From an uncultured Eubacteriales bacterium (GTDB lineage Bacteria; Bacillota; Clostridia; Oscillospirales; Acutalibacteraceae): a DNA stretch of 64,000 nucleotides. The notes beneath the pieces are model-generated. The model did no database searches and was not told where the DNA came from. It was given only the letters and a program-made list of their open reading frames with translations. Within the stretch, counting starts at the first letter, position 1, and each line of letters opens with the position of its first letter. Below are positions 58,808-64,000 of this stretch, piece after piece. The translations under genes were made by a program, and so were the position numbers. The stretch lies in contig CAZUZV010000004.1 in the NCBI GenBank assembly GCA_964624385.1, forward strand, positions 12,348-76,347, written 5' to 3'.

Positions 58808-60586
58808 TTACTGAACGTTCTTTTTAAGTGTAGCAAGCTCTTCTGCAAGCACAGGAGGAATTTTGTCGCCGAATTTAGCGTAGAATTCTTCAATGCCCTT
58901 TGCATCCTCCTGCCAGAGTTCTTTTTCAACTTCGAGGATGCTTTCGAGAGATTCGAGAGATACTTCACCTTCAAGACCTTCAATATTGATGTCTTTAGCA
59001 TAGGGAATGTAACCGATTTCCGTATCCTTAGCATCTACCTTGCCTTCGCAACGGTTGATGATCCATTCAAGAACACGAAGGTTGTCACCGAAGCCGGGCC
59101 ACATAAAGTTGCCTTCGTCATCCTTACGGAACCAGTTAACGTTGAAGATTTTTGGAGCTTTATCGGGGTCAAGAGTTGCACCGATATCAATCCAATGCTG
59201 CCAGTAATCTGCCATATTGTAACCGCAGAAGGGAAGCATAGCCATGGGGTCACGGCGAACAACACCAACTGCACCCGATGCAGCAGCAGTTGTTTCGGAA
59301 GCCATAATTGAACCAACGAATACACCGTGGTTCCAGTCACGTGACTGATATACGAGGGGAGCAAGCTTTGCACGTCTGCCGCCGAATACGATAGCACTAA
59401 TCGGAACACCGTTGGGATTCTCAAATTCGGAGCTGAGGCAAGGACAGTTAACAGCGGGAGCTGTGAAACGGCTGTTGGGATGAGCGCCTTTTTCTTCGCT
59501 TTCCTGACCGTTCCAGGGATTGCCCTTCCATTCAATTGCGTTTGCGGGAGGATTCTTGTCAAGACCTTCCCACCAAACTGTGTTGTCATCAAGATTATGA
59601 GCAACGTTTGTGAAGATAGTACCTTTCTTGGTTGAAGCGAGAGCATTGGGATTGGATTTTACGTTAGTACCGGGAGCAACGCCGAAGAAACCGTTTTCGG
59701 GGTTGATAGCGTAAAGTCTTCCGTCGGGACCTTTACGAATCCAGGAAATATCGTCACCAACGCACCATACCTTATAGCCTTTTTCCTTGTAAAGTTCCGG
59801 AGGAATAAGCATAGCAAGGTTTGTTTTACCGCAAGCTGAGGGGAATGCAGCGCAGATGTATTTAACTTCGCCCCGGGGATTTTCAATACCGAGGATGAGC
59901 ATGTGCTCTGCCTGCCAGCCTTCTTTCCAACCCTGGTAAGAAGCGATACGAAGTGCGAAGCATTTTTTACCGAGAAGAACGTTTCCGCCGTAACCGGAGT
60001 TAACGGAGATAATTGTGTTGTCCTGAGGGAACTGACAGATATATCTCTTTTCTTCGTCGATATCGCAACGGCAGTGAAGACCGCGAACCCAATCATCGCT
60101 GTCGCCGAGTACATCAAGAACATCTTTGCCTACTCTCGTCATAATAACCATGTTGAGAACAACATAGATAGAGTCAGTAAGCTCAATACCTACTTTTGCA
60201 AAGGGAGAGCCAACGGGACCCATTGAATAGGGGATAACATACATTGTTCTGCCCTTGTAGCTGTCACGAGCAATATCGTAAAGCATTTCATAAGCTTCAG
60301 AGGGTTCCATCCAGTTGTTGGTGGGGCCTGCTTCCTCTTTTGTGTTTGCGCAGATAAATGTTCTGCCTTCAACACGTGCAACGTCGTTAACTGCAGTTCT
60401 GTGAAGATAACAGTCAGGAAGAAGCTCCTGGTTAAGCTTGATGAGTTCGCCTGTAGAGCAAGCAGTTGCTCTGAGCTCCTCGATTTGTTCTTTTGAGCCG
60501 TCGATCCAAACAATTCTGTCGGGCTTTACAAGGTCAACTTTTTCGTCGATCCAAGCAAGGACGCTCTTGTTGTTTGTTAATGCCAT
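58808..60586 (-). CDS. pck: Phosphoenolpyruvate carboxykinase (GTP)
   Basis: 592 aa with the GTP-PEPCK P-loop AAFPSACGKTNLAML and FGGRR and NWF motifs. RBS AGGAGG. Confidence 0.95.
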   Translation of the reverse strand: MALTNNKSVLAWIDEKVDLVKPDRIVWIDGSKEQIEELRATACSTGELIKLNQELLPDCYLHRTAVNDVARVEGRTFICANTKEEAGPTNNWMEPSEAYEMLYDIARDSYKGRTMYVIPYSMGPVGSPFAKVGIELTDSIYVVLNMVIMTRVGKDVLDVLGDSDDWVRGLHCRCDIDEEKRYICQFPQDNTIISVNSGYGGNVLLGKKCFALRIASYQGWKEGWQAEHMLILGIENPRGEVKYICAAFPSACGKTNLAMLIPPELYKEKGYKVWCVGDDISWIRKGPDGRLYAINPENGFFGVAPGTNVKSNPNALASTKKGTIFTNVAHNLDDNTVWWEGLDKNPPANAIEWKGNPWNGQESEEKGAHPNSRFTAPAVNCPCLSSEFENPNGVPISAIVFGGRRAKLAPLVYQSRDWNHGVFVGSIMASETTAAASGAVGVVRRDPMAMLPFCGYNMADYWQHWIDIGATLDPDKAPKIFNVNWFRKDDEGNFMWPGFGDNLRVLEWIINRCEGKVDAKDTEIGYIPYAKDINIEGLEGEVSLESLESILEVEKELWQEDAKGIEEFYAKFGDKIPPVLAEELATLKKNVQ

Positions 60587-60641
60587 ATTATTACGACCTC
60601 CTGTAAATTAGTCCAAAATTACCTATTTTGTAATCATAAAG

Positions 60642-60670
60642 AGTATACTGCATTTTGCGCATAATTTCAA
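60642..60670 (-). promoter_or_regulatory. Sigma-A-type promoter of pck
   Basis: Minus strand reads TTGAAA, 17-nt spacer, TATACT. Confidence 0.55.
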
Positions 60671-60752
60671 CAAAAAATACTAAATATTCCAAAATATTTA
60701 ACAATTTAACATTTTGAACAATCAATTATATATATTATATGTTTATTTATAT

Positions 60753-60787
60753 AAAAAACTACCCGAAAGATAATTTCTTTCAGGTAG
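60753..60787 (-). terminator. Rho-independent terminator of the hydrolase gene
   Basis: Minus strand: ctacctgaaag..ctttcgggtag followed by TTTTTT. Confidence 0.75.
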
Positions 60788-60795
60788 TGAGTTGA

Positions 60796-61764
60796 TTAAT
60801 CAACATATTTTTCAACAAAATTGAAAACAGAATCCCAATAAAGCTCGGGGTGAACAAGGTGGGCTTCTGCGTGTTCTGCATCGGGAATTGAAACCTTTTC
60901 TTTTTCGCACGCAGCAGCGTTGTAGTTAAGGTCAAGCATTCTGTAGGGAACAAATAAATCCTTTTCACCGTGTAAGAAAATTGTGGGTGTTTTGGATTTC
61001 TTCAACTGTTCAACGCAGGATGCTTTCTTGAAATCAAAGCCTGAAACCACATTTGTAACAAGGTTTGCCGCGTAAAGAACAGGGAAAGCAGGGGTGTGAT
61101 AGCTTTGCTTCATTTCATTTTTGAATTCATCCCAAACTGAAGAATAACCGCAGTCCGCAACGGCGCATTTAACATTGAAGGGTAAATCCTCGCCCGTTGT
61201 CATCATAACGGTAGCCGCACCCATTGAAACACCATGGAGCACAATCTGAGGATTATTGTAGGTTTTTGATATGTACTGAATCCAATCTATAATATCAAGT
61301 CTGTCAAGCCAGCCCATTGTAATTGAGCGATGCTCGCTTATATCGTGACCGCGAAGGCAGGGAAGAAGAATATTATAGCCTCTTTTGTGATAATGAAGCG
61401 CATAGCTTCCCATACCCTTGGGAGAGCTTGTATAACCGTGGATGCAGATAAGCCATTTGTCACTTTCCTCGTCAGCTTTGACAGTTAAAGCGTGTATGGG
61501 CTCGTTTTTGCGGTTTTTAATAACGATGTGGTCATAATCTTTAGTATCAACCCAGGCATCACCCTCGGCTCTTAAAACCTCTTTGGGAGCGGTTAAATCC
61601 GTGGGGTTTTTCTTTTCTTCCTGTTCTTTATTGAAATCACTGATTTTCTTTGATGCTCTTGTAAGAACAAAGGTGTTCATTGCAAGACCTGAACCAAAGA
61701 AAAGAGCACCTGCACCTAATAAAGCTTTAGCAGATTTTTTCAATTCTGTCACAACCTTTCGCAC
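60796..61764 (-). CDS. Alpha/beta hydrolase, membrane-anchored
   Basis: N-terminal TM helix, oxyanion CIHGYTSS, nucleophile elbow GVSMGA, C-terminal D/H (HGEKD, AEHAEAH). Confidence 0.8.
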   Translation of the reverse strand: MRKVVTELKKSAKALLGAGALFFGSGLAMNTFVLTRASKKISDFNKEQEEKKNPTDLTAPKEVLRAEGDAWVDTKDYDHIVIKNRKNEPIHALTVKADEESDKWLICIHGYTSSPKGMGSYALHYHKRGYNILLPCLRGHDISEHRSITMGWLDRLDIIDWIQYISKTYNNPQIVLHGVSMGAATVMMTTGEDLPFNVKCAVADCGYSSVWDEFKNEMKQSYHTPAFPVLYAANLVTNVVSGFDFKKASCVEQLKKSKTPTIFLHGEKDLFVPYRMLDLNYNAAACEKEKVSIPDAEHAEAHLVHPELYWDSVFNFVEKYVD

Positions 61765-61852
61765 TTTTTTTACATTATACTACATATAATTAAAAAAATA
61801 AATATAAAATTTTGTTGTTTTATATATTATATTCTGTTATAATTACTGAAAA

Positions 61853-61961
61853 GTGGCAAGTTGGAAGTGGCAAGTGGCAAGTTTTTGGGCGCGGAAATGC
61901 GCCGAAGAATGATGTTTTCAATCGCAGGCATCCGGCAACTGGCAACTGGCATCTGGCATCT
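61853..61961 (+). repeat. Heptad plus hairpin element, copy D: four GGCAAGT-type heptads, a GGCGC hairpin, then five GGCAWCY heptads
   Basis: 61855-61882 GGCAAGT TGGAAGT GGCAAGT GGCAAGT. Hairpin GGCGC-ggaaat-GCGCC at 61888-61903. 61927-61961 GGCATCC GGCAACT GGCAACT GGCATCT GGCATCT. Confidence 0.75.
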
Positions 61962-62006
61962 TTGTAATATTTTATTTTGATATTATATTTAGAATGAGGT
62001 TTTTTT

Positions 62007-62777
62007 ATGTCTAAAGACTTTATGTTCAGAACATCTGCTTTCGGTGGTTTCAGAAAAGATGAGGTAATGGATTTTATCGAAAAAATTCTAAATGAAAAAA
62101 GCGCTCTTGAAAGAGAATTAGCAACAAATACTGCCAAAACAGCTCAATTAAATGCTCAGATTTCATCCTTGCAGAATGAAGTTTCGGATATTGGTAAGCT
62201 TCGTTCGGACGTTTTGGAGCTTTCTGCAAAAATTAATGACTACGAGGTAGCAGTAGACGATAAGGATACTCTTATTAAGGAGCTTACCGAAAGGCTTTCA
62301 GAGGCTCAGTCAAATGCAGTCACCGAAAATGAAATCAATGAATTGAGAAGCGAAAACGAAAAACTTCAGGCAGAGCTTAATAAGAAAGGTGAGCTGGAGC
62401 GTCAGGTCGGTGCGGCTATGCTTGATGCAAGAGTTCATTCAGAAGAGCTTGTTGAGCAGGCAAAAGAGAGAGCAAACTCTGTTACAAAGGCTGTTTATGC
62501 AGCGATTGGTGACACAGCCTTAAAAATTGATGACCTTTCTGCAGGAATAGGTGAGATTGCGCGTAATTTTACAAAATCCGTTGAAGAGGTTGAGCTCCGT
62601 ATAAAAGCCTTAACGGGTGATATGAGTAAAACCGCTCAGGCACTTATTTCTGAAAATGTTTTAACAGAAGAGGTTGTTACTGAAATCGTTGAACCTGCAA
62701 CAGAATATGATTTTTCTTCACCCGTAGTTGAAGATGAAATTATTTTTGACAGTAAAATCGGTGACGAGGATTATTAA
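62007..62777 (+). CDS. DivIVA-domain coiled-coil protein
   Basis: N-terminus FRTSAFGGFRKDEVMDFIEKI resembles the DivIVA/GpsB lipid-binding domain, followed by a long coiled coil. Confidence 0.65.
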   Translation: MSKDFMFRTSAFGGFRKDEVMDFIEKILNEKSALERELATNTAKTAQLNAQISSLQNEVSDIGKLRSDVLELSAKINDYEVAVDDKDTLIKELTERLSEAQSNAVTENEINELRSENEKLQAELNKKGELERQVGAAMLDARVHSEELVEQAKERANSVTKAVYAAIGDTALKIDDLSAGIGEIARNFTKSVEEVELRIKALTGDMSKTAQALISENVLTEEVVTEIVEPATEYDFSSPVVEDEIIFDSKIGDEDY

Positions 62778-63304
62778 TGAGCGAATATTACTTAAACACT
62801 GAGAATATTAATGAATGGGTGGAAAATCTCGTAGCAGGTGACAGAGTACTTTTGTCCGGAACTGTATATACTGCGCGAGATGCTGCCCACAAGAGAATTA
62901 AAGAGCTTGTTTCAAATAATGCAGAATTACCTTTTGAACTTGAAAATTCTGTTGTCTATTATGCAGGACCCACACCTGAAAAAGAAGGTCTTGCAATTGG
63001 TAGCATAGGACCTACAACATCTTCAAGAATGGATTGCTTTTCGCCTTTGATGATTTCTCTCGGTCAAAAGGCGATGATTGGAAAAGGTAACAGAAGCGAA
63101 GAGGTTGTAAATGCTATGAAAGAATATGGCGGAGTTTATTTTGCCGCTATCGGTGGCGCAGGGGCGCTTTATTCAAAATGCGTTGAAGAATGCAATGTAA
63201 TAGCCTTTGATGATTTAGGCTGCGAATCCGTAAAAGAACTGAAAATCAAAGATTTCCCGCTTTTAGTGGCTATAGACTCAAGGGGCAAAAGTTTGTATAA
63301 GTAA
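62777..63304 (+). CDS. Fe-S hydro-lyase beta subunit (class I fumarate hydratase / L-tartrate dehydratase C-terminal type)
   Basis: GTVYTARDAAHKR, GPTTSSRMD, MIGKGNRS and AIGGAGAL motifs. TAATG stop-start overlap with the upstream gene. Confidence 0.85.
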   Translation: MSEYYLNTENINEWVENLVAGDRVLLSGTVYTARDAAHKRIKELVSNNAELPFELENSVVYYAGPTPEKEGLAIGSIGPTTSSRMDCFSPLMISLGQKAMIGKGNRSEEVVNAMKEYGGVYFAAIGGAGALYSKCVEECNVIAFDDLGCESVKELKIKDFPLLVAIDSRGKSLYK

Positions 63305-63398
63305 TGGGATTACTATCCCTCTTTTTTTGAAGCAAAAAGGAGGGGACCGCGTCAGCGGTGGGTGGTACAACAATTACTGAACGAGTAAAGGAGCGTAT

Positions 63399-63956
63399 TT
63401 GAAAAAATCCTACGATTATTTCAAGACGTTGAAAATGTTGTCGGAAATGGTTTCAGGTATATATGATAAAACCCTTTCAAATGACAACTTCGAAGCAAAA
63501 CGAATTTCGTTTTTAGCTGAAAAAAGCGAGCTTATAAATAATCTCAGAAATGAATTTATTACTCCGCTTGAACGGAGTGATATTTTCTTGTTAACGGAAT
63601 GTTTAACCGAAGAGCTTAATTCTGTTTTTGTTTTGCAGGAAAATTTGAGTTTGATTAATTGTAAGAATTCTGATGAGCTGAAAAGCTTTGGTGAAATTTT
63701 AAAAACACAAAACCATATTATTTCTCAATTAACAAATTTTAAGAGCAATTTAAAGCTTTTTGAACAATGCTCTGAAGAAACTAAGAAGCTTAATTCGGAA
63801 AAAAGAAATATTGAAAAGAATATTATTGAAGCACTTAAGTGCAAGACTGAGCAACCTCTCATTAAATATGCAATTAATACTGCTTTTCTTGATTTGAACA
63901 GAAAAATATATAAGACTATATTGGAAATAGAAAGAATTTTAATAAATAACAGTTAG
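63399..63956 (+). CDS. DUF47-family (PhoU-like) protein
   Basis: FITPLERSDIFLLTECLTEEL matches the DUF47 core motif. TTG start 6 nt behind AAGGAG. Confidence 0.6.
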   Translation: MKKSYDYFKTLKMLSEMVSGIYDKTLSNDNFEAKRISFLAEKSELINNLRNEFITPLERSDIFLLTECLTEELNSVFVLQENLSLINCKNSDELKSFGEILKTQNHIISQLTNFKSNLKLFEQCSEETKKLNSEKRNIEKNIIEALKCKTEQPLIKYAINTAFLDLNRKIYKTILEIERILINNS

Positions 63957-64000
63957 GTGAACTATGGATTTTTACTCATTAAGAAAAAAACTTATAGAAA

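Noticed and set aside
59035-60123. Alternative-frame minus-strand ORFs (203 and 154 aa) within pck
   Set aside because: They overlap a highly conserved gene in a different frame, give Ser/Thr/Leu/Pro-rich nonsense-like translations and have no start context.
61855-61961. Heptad arrays as a CRISPR array
   Set aside because: The period is only 7 nt with no spacers, there are no cas genes in the window, and the copies are degenerate. This is not a CRISPR architecture.
61820-62137. 105-aa minus-strand ORF spanning the heptad repeat
   Set aside because: The reading frame is created by the tandem repeat (giving LPVAGC / HLPLPTCHF-type sequence), and it overlaps the DivIVA-like gene start. There is no RBS.
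63305-63398. Hairpins ccctcttttt..aaaaaggaggg and accgc-gtca-gcggt after the hydro-lyase gene, as a terminator or riboswitch
   Set aside because: No U-tract follows on either strand and I recognise no conserved riboswitch core. It may be a weak terminator but is not supportable.

Overview
Chromosomal segment of a low-GC, sporulation-competent Firmicute. It is Clostridia-like, possibly Oscillospiraceae/Ruminococcaceae-like; that placement is inferred only from gene content and synteny. Most of the window is densely packed housekeeping DNA, mainly on the + strand. In order it carries: ecfA1-ecfA2-ecfT-truA; a ClpE-like unfoldase; the conserved block nusB-xseA-xseB-ispA-dxs-tlyA-nadK-argR-recN; upp; addB-addA; pfkA; spoIVB-spo0A; and pyrH-frr-uppS-cdsA-dxr-rseP-ispG-polC. 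From about 49 to 58 kb the character changes to an accessory-looking patch. It holds a 1243-aa protein with two TagF-type glycerophosphotransferase domains, a convergent two-gene operon (GH3-family adenylating enzyme plus an HxxxD condensation/CAT-fold acyltransferase), and an orphan phage-like replication module (replisome-organizer-like plus DnaC/DnaI-like loader). After that come a DHDPS-family gene, GTP-dependent PEP carboxykinase, an alpha/beta hydrolase, a DivIVA-like protein coupled to an orphan Fe-S hydro-lyase beta subunit, and a DUF47 protein. No rRNA, tRNA, CRISPR array, transposase or integrase was seen. The items most worth follow-up are: (1) an 861-aa fusion of a TetM/EF-G-type ribosomal GTPase to a Rae1/YacP-type NYN endoribonuclease; (2) a PolC that lacks the 3-prime-5-prime exonuclease domain normally inserted in its PHP domain; (3) the GH3 plus HxxxD-acyltransferase operon beside the teichoic-acid-type polymerase; (4) a dispersed intergenic repeat family seen at three loci, built from 7-nt-period TGGYAAR heptads followed by a short GC-rich hairpin. 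All functional calls rest on motifs read from the translations and remembered family signatures. No database search was run.
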